Of a stretch of 64,000 bases of DNA, positions 63,279 through 64,000 are shown piece by piece (positions within the stretch are counted from its first letter, which is position 1; every line of letters begins with the position of its first letter). Made by a program: the position numbers and the translations under genes. The stretch is from the NCBI RefSeq assembly GCF_947568905.1, contig NC_079165.1, positions 3,844,001 to 3,908,000 of the forward strand. The letters run 5' to 3'. The notes under the pieces are model-generated. The model did no database searches, was not told the origin of the DNA, and worked only from the letters and a program-made list of their open reading frames with translations. This DNA is from Ostrea edulis (Eukaryota).

Positions 63279-64000
63279 ATCGCAGCCTTCATACTGCGAC
63301 AGAACGGCTAAGTATTACCCCAAAACGAGCAACATATTACCAGATTGTGAAAAAGTAAATACCGACGAGCGTCAAAACACCTGTTCGCTTTTTCTACCTC
63401 CGAATTTAGGAGAGCGTAACAACAAATTAGGTAAATCAAACAATGAATGATTCGTTTGAATTCCAGTTATGAAAATCTATTTATTTGAAATTTACTAAAA
63501 GCTTAGAACATTTTGATTGCATTTTTGACAATGTATTTTTTTCTTTTAAGAAAGGTAATGATTGATAAGTTTTTAATGGCAGCTATTTGCATCTATCCAT
63601 TTTAAAAAAAATTATTGTCTGCCACATGGAATTTTACCGTGACCAAACTTTCTGCCTAAAAATTGCCCCAGCATCAAGACCAGTTTCTACAATTTTGATT
63701 TACAGATTTTAGCGCACTTAGATCATATTTCAATTTGTACACATCGTGACCCCCGGGGACTTTGCGAGACCACTAGTGTCAAGAGTGGGGGTGGGGGGGG
63801 GGGGGTACAGAAGAATATATATGGTACACTGTAACACTATAAATCTTCCCAAAGATAACAAGAGTATATTTTTTTTAATTTAGACATACATAAACAGAAT
63901 CATATATCAACGTCAGAAAATAGACCAGTTTTCCTAAAACCGGTTATATAATGGTATTTTTATAAAAACATACAAAATGTCTGTGAAAAGTAACGGATTT

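Overview
Eukaryotic, AT-rich, intron-containing genomic DNA. The repeat families suggest a bivalve mollusc, probably an oyster; this is inferred from recalled repeat sequences, not from a search. There is one 346-N assembly gap (21845-22190). Three spliced genes were reconstructed by hand with consistent reading frames. (1) A + strand 5-exon gene (3052-8596) encodes a 230-aa secreted protein: signal peptide, one EGFR/ErbB domain-III-type receptor L domain, and the first Cys module of domain IV, with no transmembrane or kinase part. It is a candidate soluble decoy and the most interesting feature here. (2) A - strand 4-exon secreted C-type lectin (23391 into the gap) carries QPN/WND motifs. (3) A - strand 10-exon sulfhydryl oxidase QSOX (63278-40139, 653 aa, C-terminal TM) includes a probable GC-AG intron. 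The rest is dense mobile DNA: Penelope-like RT copies (one with its 3' terminal 43 bp repeated 16 times), a decayed CR1/L2-type LINE with a relic 2A/StopGo-like motif and PHD finger, an RTE 3' end, truncated Tc1 and mariner elements, SINEs, HINE/pearl-like elements, hairpin MITEs and many minisatellites. Several minisatellites start exactly at QSOX splice sites. No rRNA, tRNA gene or CRISPR array was seen. All calls come from manual reading without database searches.
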